Assembly (NCBI GenBank): GCA_965197475.1
Contig: CBDANF010000003.1
Location: 3,552,001 to 3,616,000 of the forward strand
Reading direction: 5' to 3'
Origin: Candidatus Poribacteria bacterium
GTDB taxonomy: Bacteria; Poribacteria; WGA-4E; WGA-3G
Length of the DNA stretch: 64,000 bases
Shown here: positions 1 to 10,586 of the stretch, one piece after another
Numbering within the stretch: the stretch's first letter is position 1
How the letters are laid out: every line of letters starts with the position of its first letter
Notes under the pieces: model-generated
Seen by the model: the letters and a program-made list of their open reading frames with translations, nothing else
What the model was told of the DNA's origin: nothing
Databases searched by the model: none
Made by a program: the position numbers and the translations under genes

Positions 1-85
1 TCGCATCATTGCTTGAGCGAGCTTGACTCGCCCCAATTACCAGGTCCTCCAAAGGAATTTCTTTGAATTCTACAATTTTTGCCAT
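1..85 (-). CDS. 5' end of probable ParB/Srx N-terminal domain protein (runs off window)
   Basis: ATG at 85 behind AGGAGG; reads MAKIVEFKEIPLEDLVIGASQARSSNDA, resembling ParB N-termini (IPLxxL...QxR). Confidence 0.55.
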   Translation of the reverse strand, partial: MAKIVEFKEIPLEDLVIGASQARSSNDA

Positions 86-127
86 CTCAATTTCCTCCTA
101 TTTTCTAATACAAAACTGAATAAGATT

Positions 128-214
128 AATATAGCATAATCTCAAAAAAATGTCAAGTTTTTTCAAAGCCTAACAAATAAATATTTGACAGAAAAGGGTA
201 AATTATGGTATCAT
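128..214. promoter_or_regulatory. Divergent sigma-70-type promoters
   Basis: Minus strand TTGACA-17-TATATT (156-128); plus strand TTGACA-18-TATCAT (185-214). Confidence 0.65.
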
Positions 215-311
215 AATAAGATAAAACATAGTGTTACCGCGTAATAATTCTGACCAACACAGACTAACTTCAACTGTCCGAGTTTACACTTCGAAAAATC
301 TGGCGAAAAAC

Positions 312-1442
312 ATGGAACAGTTCCACTTCAACTACAAGGATATTACCCAAACTAACCGGTATGGATTCAGTGGTAGAAGGATAGGGATTCATCTGGTGGG
401 GATACTTCTCGGCTACCTGATTTATGAAATTTTGATCTATCTCAGCCTCTTCATTGCGGGAGGCTCAGAAGTGAAGACGTTTTGGAGTTCCTACGGTTTT
501 TTGCCGGTTACGCCATTTGCCGCTGCCGAATTCAACATGCTCACGACCGTAGCAATGTGGTTAGGTATATTTGCCTTTGCAGCTATCTTTTTCCTTGTCA
601 GTACAATAGCCTCCAAAATTACCATTGAACAGTTACGTGGCGATGTTTTCTTTTCAGTTGGAAGTGCTTTAAGTTTTTTAAGGCAGCATTGGAAAGCTAT
701 CTTCGGATCATTTTTCGGATTAGTTTTTATTGGACTTTTTCTACTCTTAATACCGGTTAGCGTTGCGCTGCTGGGAAAAATCCCTTTTCTTGGTAAACCC
801 ATTCTCGGATTAGCGTCCCTTTTTACACCTATCGCCTTTTTGCTCGGACTACTTCTTGCATTTATTATCACTGTTTTTATTTCAAGCCTGTTTTTTGTGC
901 CAGCTATTGTTGCCACCACAGGTGCAGATACGTTTGAAACCATATACCAACTTTTTGCGGTAGTATGGAATCAACCTTGGCGACTCATAGCCTATGGGGT
1001 GCTCTTGTTCGTTCTAAAACTCATCCTTGTGCCAATTTGGGCAATCTTCTGTTTTGCTGGGTTTTTGATAGTCCTACTGCCAACGTATTTTTTACATAAA
1101 ACATATATACAAGAATCGATGGCATTTGCCAATAAATGGTTGGGAGGTCCACTTCAGAAATTTGTGGGTCTTTTTTCTCAGGACAACACTATTATTTTGG
1201 GTGTCAATACATCCCAACTTCCTGTCGCGACTATCTCAACGATAATATGTGCTATTTTGATAACGTTAACGTTAATATGTATTGCAGGTGGTATTATGGC
1301 ATATCTCTTTTCTCTCGCGTCAGTTGGCACAACACTAATATATACGATAATTCGAAAACACATTGACGGACAAAATATTATAGAAACCATCGGAACAGTT
1401 GCGTCAGTGGAACCGCCACCACTGCTAATAGGAGATGAATGA
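312..1442 (+). CDS. Multi-pass membrane protein of unknown function
   Basis: Long ORF with about 7-8 hydrophobic helices; ATG at 312 (MEQFHF) preferred over GTG at 231. Confidence 0.75.
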   Translation: MEQFHFNYKDITQTNRYGFSGRRIGIHLVGILLGYLIYEILIYLSLFIAGGSEVKTFWSSYGFLPVTPFAAAEFNMLTTVAMWLGIFAFAAIFFLVSTIASKITIEQLRGDVFFSVGSALSFLRQHWKAIFGSFFGLVFIGLFLLLIPVSVALLGKIPFLGKPILGLASLFTPIAFLLGLLLAFIITVFISSLFFVPAIVATTGADTFETIYQLFAVVWNQPWRLIAYGVLLFVLKLILVPIWAIFCFAGFLIVLLPTYFLHKTYIQESMAFANKWLGGPLQKFVGLFSQDNTIILGVNTSQLPVATISTIICAILITLTLICIAGGIMAYLFSLASVGTTLIYTIIRKHIDGQNIIETIGTVASVEPPPLLIGDE

Positions 1443-1478
1443 TATTGAACAGACGTTTGATAAAGTTCATAGAAGAAT

Positions 1479-4190
1479 ATGTTTGAAAAAATAATGACAA
1501 AAGTTTTCGGTAGCAAGGAAGACCGTGATGTAAAACGTTTTAGTGATGTCGCTGAAGCGGTCAACCAACGTGAACCGGAAATGAAAAAATTAACGGATGC
1601 ACAACTCCAAGCAAAAACCCCGTACTTTCGTCGACAATTAGATGCAGGCGCACCCCTTGATGACTTATTGCCAGAGGCATTTGCCGTTGTTCGAGAAACA
1701 GCGGTGCGGACATTGAAACAGCGGCATTACGATGTTCAGATAATCGGTGGTGCAGCACTACATCAGGGTGCTATCGCTGAAATGAGAACGGGTGAAGGTA
1801 AAACCCTAACTTCAACTCTTGCAATCTATTTGAACGCGCTTACTGGGAATGGTGTTCACCTCGCCACTGTCAATGACTATCTTGCCCGTCGTGATGCTGA
1901 GTGGATGGGAACAATATACAACTTTCTTGGATTGTCCGTTGGATTAACATTGAACCAGATGCCTTATGAACAGAAAAAACTTGCGTATAAAGCGGATATC
2001 ACCTACGGCGTTCACAGCCAATTCGGATTTGATTACCTGAATGATAACAGAGCGCAAACAGCAGAGACAAAAGTACAACGTGGTCATCGCTACGCCATCC
2101 TTGACGAAGTAGATAGTATCCTCATTGATGAAGCACGCACGCCTCTCATTATCTCTGATTCATCTGATAAACCCGCTGAGCTTTATAGGAGAATTAATAG
2201 TGTCGTTGCGCGCCTTCAAAATGAAGAGCATTATGAAATTGACGAGAAGGGAAAGTCTCGCGGGAATGTAACCCTGACAGACGAAGGAATTGAAGAAGTA
2301 GAACGTCTTCTTGGGGTAGGCAATATGTATGATCCTGACAACGTCATGCTTGTGCACCATGTAAAACAAGCCTTAAACGCACATCATCTCTACAAACGCG
2401 ATATTGACTATCTCGTTGAGAATGGTGAAGTCCTGCTTATTGATGAATTCACCGGAAGAAAGTTAGTCGGTCGTCGGCTTAATGAAGGGTTGCATCAAGC
2501 CATTGAGGCAAAGGAACGCGTAAAAATCGCGCAGGAAAGCGAAACTTTTGCGACCATCACTTATCAAAACTATTTTCGGTTGTACGACAAACTCGCAGGG
2601 ATGACCGGTACAGCCGCAACCGAGGCGAACGAATTCGCACACATCTATGAGTTAGATGTCTTTGTTGTTCCTACCAATGAACCGATGATTCGGATTGATC
2701 ACCCAGACCAAATCTACCTAATCGAGGAAGCAAAATATAACGCTGTTCTGGAAGATATCCATGAACAGCATGAAAAAGGACGTCCTATCCTGGTCGGAAC
2801 TATTTCCATAGAAAATTCTGAGAAATTAAGTAAACTTCTCAGAGCGAGACATCGAAACATTAAGCACCAAGTGTTGAATGCTAAAGAGCATACTCGTGAA
2901 GCTGACATCATTGCCCAAGCTGGAATGCCAGGCGCAGTAACAATCGCTACCAATATGGCGGGTAGGGGTGTTGATATCTTGCTCGGTGGTAATCCTGAAG
3001 GCTTGGCTAAAGATACCTTGCGAAAGAAAAAAGTTGACCCTAATTTTCTTGAATCGGAGGAGGGGCAGGCAGCTTTAAGAGAAGCTGAAGCGATTTGCGA
3101 ACAGAATAAAGAACAGGTGCTAAAAGCCGGTGGGCTACACATTATCGGGACAGAAAGACATGATTCCCGTAGGATTGATAACCAATTGCGTGGTCGCGCG
3201 GGAAGACAGGGAGACCCAGGTTCATCAAGATTTTACCTCTCACTTGAAGACGATCTCATGAAAAAGTTTGGTTCCGAGCGTGTGCAAGGGTTTGTGAGCA
3301 GTGTCGGAATGAGAGCCGGAATGGAAGAAAACATTCCACTTGAACACCCATGGATGACGAAATCTATTGAAAAAGCACAGACTCGTGTTGAAGAAATGAA
3401 TTTTGAGATTCGTAAGAATATTCTCAAATTTGACGATGTAATGGATGCCCAACGTGAGACTATCTATTCGTTAAGGGATTCAATCCTATCTGATGAAAAT
3501 CCAAAAGAAACCGTTTGGGAAATGATTGAAAACGTGGTCGCTGATCAGATTGAGGAAATTATCCCTGAAAAAGGACCCCGTGACACAGAAGTGCTTGACC
3601 AATTTTCGAAATGGTTGACAACGACTTTCACGATTAATCCTACCTTCAAAACCCCACTGATCGAAATATCCCCTGATGATCTTTACGCAGAAATCATTGC
3701 AGAACTCAAAATCGCTTATGAACGACGTGAGACTGAAATGGGGTCTGAGACAATGCGACTCCTTGAACGTCTTCTGCTCTTAGATAGAATTGACAACCAT
3801 TGGAAAGACCATCTTTACAATATTGACTTTATTCAGCACGGGATTAGATTTGAAGGTTATGGAGGCAAAGACCCAATTGTCGTTTTCAAAAGTGAGGCAC
3901 TCGGTATCTTTGAATCCATGTATCAAAATATCGAAAGCCAAGTCAGCGAATTTATATTTAAAATGGTAGTTAGTACGCAAACACCCCGCCGCGTGCCGAA
4001 TAGACAACCAAGGAGGTCGCCGCAAAGGACACCTCCCCGCAGGGATACTAATTATGATACTAATTATGATAGTAAATCTGAAGCAGAATTTGCTTCACAG
4101 CAGGCAATGGGGACGACGCGAAAAGTCGGACGAAACGAGCAATGTCCATGCGGTAGTGGAAAAAAATATAAGAAATGCCACGGACAGTAA
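1479..4190 (+). CDS. secA: Preprotein translocase subunit SecA
   Basis: MRTGEGKT, DEVDSILIDEARTPLIIS, TNMAGRG, QLRGRAGRQGDPG, C-terminal SEC-C motif CPCGSGKKYKKCHG. Confidence 0.99.
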   Translation: MFEKIMTKVFGSKEDRDVKRFSDVAEAVNQREPEMKKLTDAQLQAKTPYFRRQLDAGAPLDDLLPEAFAVVRETAVRTLKQRHYDVQIIGGAALHQGAIAEMRTGEGKTLTSTLAIYLNALTGNGVHLATVNDYLARRDAEWMGTIYNFLGLSVGLTLNQMPYEQKKLAYKADITYGVHSQFGFDYLNDNRAQTAETKVQRGHRYAILDEVDSILIDEARTPLIISDSSDKPAELYRRINSVVARLQNEEHYEIDEKGKSRGNVTLTDEGIEEVERLLGVGNMYDPDNVMLVHHVKQALNAHHLYKRDIDYLVENGEVLLIDEFTGRKLVGRRLNEGLHQAIEAKERVKIAQESETFATITYQNYFRLYDKLAGMTGTAATEANEFAHIYELDVFVVPTNEPMIRIDHPDQIYLIEEAKYNAVLEDIHEQHEKGRPILVGTISIENSEKLSKLLRARHRNIKHQVLNAKEHTREADIIAQAGMPGAVTIATNMAGRGVDILLGGNPEGLAKDTLRKKKVDPNFLESEEGQAALREAEAICEQNKEQVLKAGGLHIIGTERHDSRRIDNQLRGRAGRQGDPGSSRFYLSLEDDLMKKFGSERVQGFVSSVGMRAGMEENIPLEHPWMTKSIEKAQTRVEEMNFEIRKNILKFDDVMDAQRETIYSLRDSILSDENPKETVWEMIENVVADQIEEIIPEKGPRDTEVLDQFSKWLTTTFTINPTFKTPLIEISPDDLYAEIIAELKIAYERRETEMGSETMRLLERLLLLDRIDNHWKDHLYNIDFIQHGIRFEGYGGKDPIVVFKSEALGIFESMYQNIESQVSEFIFKMVVSTQTPRRVPNRQPRRSPQRTPPRRDTNYDTNYDSKSEAEFASQQAMGTTRKVGRNEQCPCGSGKKYKKCHGQ

Positions 4191-4252
4191 GAGTATTAAA
4201 GAAATTGAGACAACATGATCTTTCAATCTGTTAACATTTATGGAGAACTGTT

Positions 4253-4447
4253 TTGAATTCTGAAAAGTCTTATACATTATCGCAAACGTTGCTTGATATT
4301 CTCGCGTGCCCCGCATGTAAAGGCAAAATTGAACACGTGGAGGATGATCAAAAACTGGTATGTCGTGGGGAATGTCAACGCCGCTACCCGATTCGCGATG
4401 GGATTCCCGTCATGCTGATTGATGAAGCAGAATTACCTTCTACGTAA
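4253..4447 (+). CDS. Trm112/YcaR family protein
   Basis: LLDILACPACKG...YPIRDGIPVMLIDEA. Confidence 0.93.
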   Translation: MNSEKSYTLSQTLLDILACPACKGKIEHVEDDQKLVCRGECQRRYPIRDGIPVMLIDEAELPST

Positions 4448-4488
4448 CATTTACCTGAACCACTGTTTGATATTGGTCATAACAGAAA

Positions 4489-5724
4489 ATGCGAATCTTA
4501 TTTTTGAGTCTGCGGTGTCCCTATCCTCCACAGCGAGGGGACCGCATCCGATCATACCATTTTATCAAACAACTTTCGAAACGGCACGATGTTACCCTGG
4601 TATTCTTTACTGAATCTGATGCTGACATTGAAGCGACTAAGCATCTTCAACCTTTCTGTGAGCGAGTGGAGTGGGTTCGGTTTCGCCCTTCCTTTGCGTC
4701 GATTAATACAGCGATACATTGCTTTTCTCGGATTCCTATGCAGGTACACTATTGGTATTCACCACAAATGCAGCGTAAAATTAACCAACTTCTTGCAGAG
4801 GAAGATTTTGAACTAATCCATGCTCAACTCTTTCGTATGGGGCAATATGTAATAAAAGCTAAAGGCACAGCAAAGGTTTTGGATTTGTGTGATTCGTTAG
4901 CACTGAATTTGAGTCGTCGAGCAGAATTAGATTGCACGCCAAAACGTTTTTTGGTAAAATTGGAGGAAAAGCGAGTTCGACGTTATGAAGTAGAGATTAT
5001 GAAAGCGTTTGATCGCGGAACCGTTGTAGCCGAATTTGATCGGGATTACCTGCTCAATCAAGATGGCAGTCTGAATTTATCCGTTGTTCCTATGGGGGTT
5101 GATCTCAAATATTTTCATCCAAACCCAGCTAACGGAAAAGATACTGCTGAAATGGACAACTTGGATTCAAATGTTCAAACTGATTTGGCAAACGATAAGG
5201 CAAAAAACCTGCTTTTTACCGGAACTATGAACTATTTTCCGAACTCAGATGCAGTCATCTACTTCTGCGAAAACATTTTTCCTTTGATACAGAAACGGCA
5301 CCAGGATGCCACTTTTTTTATTGTTGGCAATCATCCAACAGAACAAGTGCAGCGGCTTGCTGCTCAGAAAGGAGTCATAGTCACAGGTTATGTGCCTGAC
5401 ATTCGTCCCTATTTTGAAAAGGCATCTGTTTTTGTTGCACCTTTACGTGCCGGTTCAGGTATTCAAACAAAGAACTTAGAGGCAATGGCAATGGGAACCC
5501 CCGTTGTTACCACTTCAATTGGGGCTATGGGTTTAGAGGCAGAGGTTGACAAAGAACTGCTGATCGCGGATACCCCTGAAATCTTTGCCGAACGGGTCAT
5601 TCACCTAATTGAAAATCCTGATATTAGAGAAAACCTTGCCAACGCCGGCAGAAAGCGAGTTGAAGCAAGTTACGATTGGCCCGTACTCGTTGAATGCCTG
5701 GAGCAAGTTTACGTCCAAATCTAA
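4489..5724 (+). CDS. Glycosyltransferase family 4 (exopolysaccharide-type sugar transferase)
   Basis: PYPPQRGDRIRSY N-terminus, FTGTMNYFPN, GIQTKNLEAMAMGTPVV. Confidence 0.93.
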   Translation: MRILFLSLRCPYPPQRGDRIRSYHFIKQLSKRHDVTLVFFTESDADIEATKHLQPFCERVEWVRFRPSFASINTAIHCFSRIPMQVHYWYSPQMQRKINQLLAEEDFELIHAQLFRMGQYVIKAKGTAKVLDLCDSLALNLSRRAELDCTPKRFLVKLEEKRVRRYEVEIMKAFDRGTVVAEFDRDYLLNQDGSLNLSVVPMGVDLKYFHPNPANGKDTAEMDNLDSNVQTDLANDKAKNLLFTGTMNYFPNSDAVIYFCENIFPLIQKRHQDATFFIVGNHPTEQVQRLAAQKGVIVTGYVPDIRPYFEKASVFVAPLRAGSGIQTKNLEAMAMGTPVVTTSIGAMGLEAEVDKELLIADTPEIFAERVIHLIENPDIRENLANAGRKRVEASYDWPVLVECLEQVYVQI

Positions 5725-5774
5725 TTTTCGGAACTGAAATTTATTCGTCAAAAGGTATTAGACATTATAATGAA

Positions 5775-6823
5775 TTAAATAGAAGGAGTTTCATAACGCC
5801 AGGGTCTGAAGTTTAGGCGAAAATTGTGTAAACCACAACAGGTTTCCATAACTAAATCACAAAACCCTTTCTTCCAATTCCTGAGTTTATCTTTGACAAT
5901 GCGGCATCTTTTGACACCACTAATCGCATGTTCAACGCGTATGCGTATAGACGCTATCTTTCTATTGTTTTCTTTTTCTTCATTCGTCCGTTCTCTACCT
6001 CTCGGTTTTTTCTTCGGTTGAATGATGTTTATATCCGGGAGAACGAAACCCTGAAAACCGGTATCTTGGGACAATGTGCTACCCTGTGGCACACAATAGC
6101 CCACCATATCGGCTATGTGTTTGTCATGGTGTCTTCCTTCAAAAGAGGGTGTCAATAGGACAACTTTGCAGGTCTCATTGATAATCAGATTATTTTTCAC
6201 TGTATGACATTTCTTTTTACCACTATAATAACCCTTCGCTCATGTATAAAGTGTGTGCTGTTGTTTTCAATAAACGCAGTGGCCACGCGGGTTTAACTTT
6301 TTCATTAGCACTCATTCTTTACATGAGCCTAACCCTTTTGAGTTTGTGGGTCTTTGGGGCGTCGTATCGGGCGTTCGGTGCTATCATGAAAAAAATGTTC
6401 TCCTTCTTGATTTTGAGTTGATACTTTTGATGGAGCACATATAGGTGCGGGGTCTGTTTCCCGAGATGGCAACTCTCCAAGTTCTGCTAATGCTTTGTTC
6501 AATATCGATAAAAGCAAGTGAATCCATCTATTAGCAAGAGGTTGAGACATGCCAAAGAGCGCACCGAATAGCACTTGTTTCGGTGCTTCACGAAGGTAAA
6601 TCAGTATAAATAGCAACATATCTTCAGGTGTATCAAAACGACTATTTTTATACGGTTTATATCTCCGTTTTTTGCGCGGTTTTCCTGCAAGGGTATGTGT
6701 TTGAACATACTCTAAAAAACATTTAGTAAAATAAGGTGATAGTTCAGTCCAATCTTCTAAAGTATATCCGGTGAGGGACAGGAGCGTATCAGGTTTGTCC
6801 TTTAGTTCTTGAAAACTTATCAT
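5775..6823 (-). pseudogene. Transposase interrupted at 6237-6329
   Basis: ORFs 6329-6823 and 5775-6200 rejoin as ...QTQKGYYSGKKKCHTVKNN... when the insert and one TSD copy are removed. Confidence 0.9.
6237..6329. mobile_element. 93-bp MITE of IS1595 type
   Basis: 8-bp TSD TAACCCTT (6229-6236, 6330-6337); ends GGCTCATGTA.../CGCTCATGTA... match the IS at 30922-31907. Confidence 0.92.
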
Positions 6824-6960
6824 GAGTTAGCCTCCTATTGTCCGATTGTAATAAGTATAATAGAGACTAACCAAACGGACAACTAATTAGTTATAATGTC
6901 TATTATACATTTATATTTTACGCTGGTTACTAACGAATTCACCCAAGTAGAGGAGGTAAT

Positions 6961-8934
6961 ATGGAAAAATCCAGAATAAAATGGAGTTCTTCAATTGTTG
7001 TTGACATACTGCTTATTAATCTTGCATTTCTTTTAACTTATTTTACTTGTAGGCAACTCAACTTTGATGTCCTAACACGGTTCGAGCAGATATCAGTTCT
7101 ATCTGATATTTCGCCTTACCAACTTTTATTTGGTATTGCTGCTGTTATAACATTAGTACGCATCATTACCTTCTTATGTTTTCGAATTTATAAACCGATT
7201 TGGCAGTATGCTGGAGCTAAAGAATTTCGCTCTTTAGCAACCGCTATTGGCATATCTGGCTTAATACTTATTAGTCTATCGGCATTTCTGAAGTGGTTTG
7301 ATACTTGGAGTTTCTTTTTAATTGATGTATTCTATAACGTTTTCTTAATCGGTTTCGCAAAATTTTCCCATAGTCTTTTTCGAGAAGGTAGACTAAAAGA
7401 GGTTGCCTCACCACGAACCAAAGTTCTAATTGTTGGTGCGAGGGCTGCTGGCATTGGGGTCTTAAGGGAATTGCGCAGCCACCCTGAGAAAGGATACCTA
7501 CCTGTTGGGTTTATTGACGATAACTTGCAGAAAGTGGGCAAGACTATTGCTGGTCTTGAAGTACTCGGCACTACGCGTGACCTTACCTACATTGCAAGGA
7601 AACGTGAAATTGAAGAAGTTATCATCGCTATACCATCAGCACCAGGTGGGAAAATTCGCGATATTATCCGACAGTGCAAATATCGACGATGCCAATTCAA
7701 AATAGTACCAAATATACACGCTATAGTTGAAGGTCGGGTCAGTATCAACCACATCCGTGAGGTAAAATTGGAAGAGTTACTCAACCGCTCTACTGCACCA
7801 GTTAACTTAGCCGAGATTTCAAAATATCTCTCTGGAAAACGGGTGATGGTAACTGGTGCAGGTGGTTCTATCGGTTCCGAACTCTGCCGACAAGTCGCAA
7901 AATTGGATCCTGAACTGCTACTCCTCTTCGGGCGCGGTGAAAATAGTTTGTATCATATTGATATGGAATTGCGTGAATCCGATCCCCCGCTTAATCGTGA
8001 ACTAATCATTGGCGATATTCGAGATAACTCCAAAGTTTTTCAAATCATCAAGCGTTACCGCCCACATATCATCTTCCACGCAGCTGCCCATAAACATGTC
8101 AAATTCATGGAAATTCATCCGGATGAGGCAGTGAAAAATAACATTCTTGGCACGAAAAATCTGATTGATGCCGCAATTAAACATCATGTTGAAGCGTTCA
8201 TCCTTGTATCCTCGGATAAATCTGTCAATCCAACGAGTGTCTACGGTGCCTCAAAACGGGTAACCGAAAAACTTATCCAATGCAAAGCGAATCGAAACGG
8301 CACGAAATTTATCGCTGTTCGATTCGGCAATGTCATCGGTAGCCGTGCAAGCGTCCTGCCAAACTTCAAACGACAAATAGCCAAAGGCGGTCCAGTCACA
8401 GTCACACACCGTGAAGCAACTCGCTACTTTATGACGATCCCAGAAGCGGTACAACTCTTAATCCAAGCAGGAGCTATGGGAAATGGTGGAGAAATCCTGA
8501 TGTTGGATATGGGTGAACCTATTAAAATTCTTGACCTCGCCCGTGACCTGATTCGACTTTCCGGTTTAGAACTTGATAAAGACATTAAGATTGACTTTAT
8601 TGGTTTGGATCCGGGTGAAAAACTCTATGAAGAGCTTCTTACTCCCCAGGAAGGTGTGACAGCGACTAAACATCAACGTATTTTTGTCGCACAAATGGAA
8701 AATATAGAGGAAGAACAGCTACTATCTCAAATTGGAGAACTTTCACAATTGGCTGAAGAACTTGATACTGATGGAATTATAGCAAAATTCCAAGAATTAG
8801 TGCCTACTTACGAACCAAATCGCGCATTCATAACAAGTAGTGATACGAATCAATCTGATATTAGAAGGCATCTTATCAGTTCCAGCCAAGATACTGAGAT
8901 AGTTAAACCTGTGCCTACAGACAGAGGTCTATAA
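6961..8934 (+). CDS. CapD/PglF-type nucleoside-diphosphate sugar 4,6-dehydratase
   Basis: N-terminal TM helices, GFIDD, VTGAGGSIGSELCRQ, HAAAHKHV, VRFGNV.GS, GEKLYEEL. Confidence 0.95.
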   Translation: MEKSRIKWSSSIVVDILLINLAFLLTYFTCRQLNFDVLTRFEQISVLSDISPYQLLFGIAAVITLVRIITFLCFRIYKPIWQYAGAKEFRSLATAIGISGLILISLSAFLKWFDTWSFFLIDVFYNVFLIGFAKFSHSLFREGRLKEVASPRTKVLIVGARAAGIGVLRELRSHPEKGYLPVGFIDDNLQKVGKTIAGLEVLGTTRDLTYIARKREIEEVIIAIPSAPGGKIRDIIRQCKYRRCQFKIVPNIHAIVEGRVSINHIREVKLEELLNRSTAPVNLAEISKYLSGKRVMVTGAGGSIGSELCRQVAKLDPELLLLFGRGENSLYHIDMELRESDPPLNRELIIGDIRDNSKVFQIIKRYRPHIIFHAAAHKHVKFMEIHPDEAVKNNILGTKNLIDAAIKHHVEAFILVSSDKSVNPTSVYGASKRVTEKLIQCKANRNGTKFIAVRFGNVIGSRASVLPNFKRQIAKGGPVTVTHREATRYFMTIPEAVQLLIQAGAMGNGGEILMLDMGEPIKILDLARDLIRLSGLELDKDIKIDFIGLDPGEKLYEELLTPQEGVTATKHQRIFVAQMENIEEEQLLSQIGELSQLAEELDTDGIIAKFQELVPTYEPNRAFITSSDTNQSDIRRHLISSSQDTEIVKPVPTDRGL

Positions 8935-9650
8935 TGTTTCCCAAAAATTCTTCTCGTACCTCAAATGACGTAGCGGTATTGAATACTTCCTCTGTCAGTG
9001 GAGGTATCCGTATACGATCAAATTGGCTGAAACGCGGTATTGACACTCTTTTGTCAACAATTGCCTTATTGGTCTTTTCGCCCTTTTTCTTACTCGGATG
9101 TTTACTCGCCAAAATACAATCCACCGGACCTGTGTTTTACAAGGCTAAACGCGTAGGCAGAGGCGGAATAGTTTTTGAAATGTATAAGTTCAGGACAATG
9201 GTTGTTAATGCTGATCAAATTGGAATCGGTCTCACGACACATAGGGATCCACGTGTAACACCCATTGGTCGTTTTTTACGGATAACAAAATTGGACGAGC
9301 TTCCGAATCTTATCAATGTTATCAAAGGCGAGATGAGTTTAATTGGACCGCGCCCTGAAGCCTCAAATTACGTCAAATACTATACCGAAGCACAAAAGCA
9401 GGTGCTGCAAGTGAAACCCGGTATTACAGGTCCTTCACAGATAGCGAATCGAAACGAAGAGAAGAAGTTAAAAGCACAGGCGGATCCAGAGCATTATTAC
9501 ATAACAGAATTGATGCCGCAGAAGTTAGCACTTGACCTTCACTACGTTGCAACACAGTGCTTCATTTCCGATATAAGATGGTTGTTCAAAACCTTTTGGG
9601 TGCTCGTTTTTCCACTAAAGGAAAAAGAGCATACCCAGCGAATCGGCTAA
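8934..9650 (+). CDS. Polyprenol-phosphate sugar (phosphoglycosyl) transferase
   Basis: KR..D, KFRTM, DPRVT..GRFLR.TKLDELP, GEMSLIGPRPE, KPGITG. Confidence 0.95.
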   Translation: MFPKNSSRTSNDVAVLNTSSVSGGIRIRSNWLKRGIDTLLSTIALLVFSPFFLLGCLLAKIQSTGPVFYKAKRVGRGGIVFEMYKFRTMVVNADQIGIGLTTHRDPRVTPIGRFLRITKLDELPNLINVIKGEMSLIGPRPEASNYVKYYTEAQKQVLQVKPGITGPSQIANRNEEKKLKAQADPEHYYITELMPQKLALDLHYVATQCFISDIRWLFKTFWVLVFPLKEKEHTQRIG

Positions 9651-9707
9651 ACCTACCCAACATTTAGGACCACTTTAAAGATGGCTATCATATCTAAGCA
9701 ATAAAAA

Positions 9708-10574
9708 ATGAAACAGAAACGTGTATTGATTATCATATCGGTTATTGTCGTTCTCTTTTTCTTCACTGTAATTCTGCGTTTGATGGTTGGGACAGTGTCT
9801 ATTGGTGAAAAAGTCGCTGTGCTTGATATTACGGGTATCATATCCAAATCTGATGTTCCGATTAAACTCATTCATGCTTATCGAGATGATTCAAACGTGA
9901 AGGCACTTGTACTCCGCATTAATACACCGGGCGGGAGTGTGGCACCTGTTCAAGAGATTTTTCGAGAATTGGCGAAGTTGGAAAAACCTATTGTGGCATC
10001 AATGGGAGGGACGGCTGCTTCTGGCGGTTATTACATTGCTTGTGCAGCGAACACCATTGTCGCCAACCCAGGAACCTTGACAGGTAGCATCGGTGTAATC
10101 ATGCAGTTTACTAAGATGAAAGGTTTATACGAGAAAATCGGTTTAGAGCAACAGGTCATTAAAAGCGGTCAGTTCAAAGATACAGGATCAGCTTTCCGTG
10201 ACCTAACCGAAGACGAAAAAGCCATTCTTCAAGGAACTGTTGATGATGTTTACAATCAGTTCGTTGATGCGATCTTTAAATCGCGTGGAGATCACCTCAC
10301 TCGAGACGAAATCGTCCAACTCGCGGATGGACGCATCTTTTCTGGGAACCAGGCTCTCACGCATAAATTGGTTGATAGGTTAGGAAACCTACAAGATGCA
10401 ATTCAAATTGCTGGCGTGCTGGGTAACATTGAAGGTACTCCCAAAGTCATCCGCAAGCAGCGAAAGTCGTCCCTGCTTGAACAACTCCTTGGCATAAAAA
10501 ACAATTCTCATCTCAACGACCTCCTTAGCTTTCCCAGTGTTACATTCCGATATGAACTTAGCCTTGGAAATTAG
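9708..10574 (+). CDS. sppA: Signal peptide peptidase SppA (36K type)
   Basis: INTPGG, AASGGYYIA, TGSIGVI, ADGRIFSG. Confidence 0.95.
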   Translation: MKQKRVLIIISVIVVLFFFTVILRLMVGTVSIGEKVAVLDITGIISKSDVPIKLIHAYRDDSNVKALVLRINTPGGSVAPVQEIFRELAKLEKPIVASMGGTAASGGYYIACAANTIVANPGTLTGSIGVIMQFTKMKGLYEKIGLEQQVIKSGQFKDTGSAFRDLTEDEKAILQGTVDDVYNQFVDAIFKSRGDHLTRDEIVQLADGRIFSGNQALTHKLVDRLGNLQDAIQIAGVLGNIEGTPKVIRKQRKSSLLEQLLGIKNNSHLNDLLSFPSVTFRYELSLGN

Positions 10575-10586
10575 AAGTTACCCGTT

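Larger units (their letters stand above)
5761..6900 (-). mobile_element. IS5/Harbinger-like (DDE_Tnp_4-type) insertion sequence, disrupted by a MITE
   Basis: Inverted ends GACATTATAA(TG/CT)AATTA; TATTA flanks both sides (5756-5760, 6901-6905), exact TSD length ambiguous; transposase motifs DSTERPI.RP, YSGKKKCHT, DTGFQG, RIRVEHAI. Confidence 0.85.

Noticed and set aside
4044-4071. 12-bp tandem duplication GATACTAATTAT in secA
   Set aside because: In-frame slippage in the variable linker before SEC-C; unremarkable.
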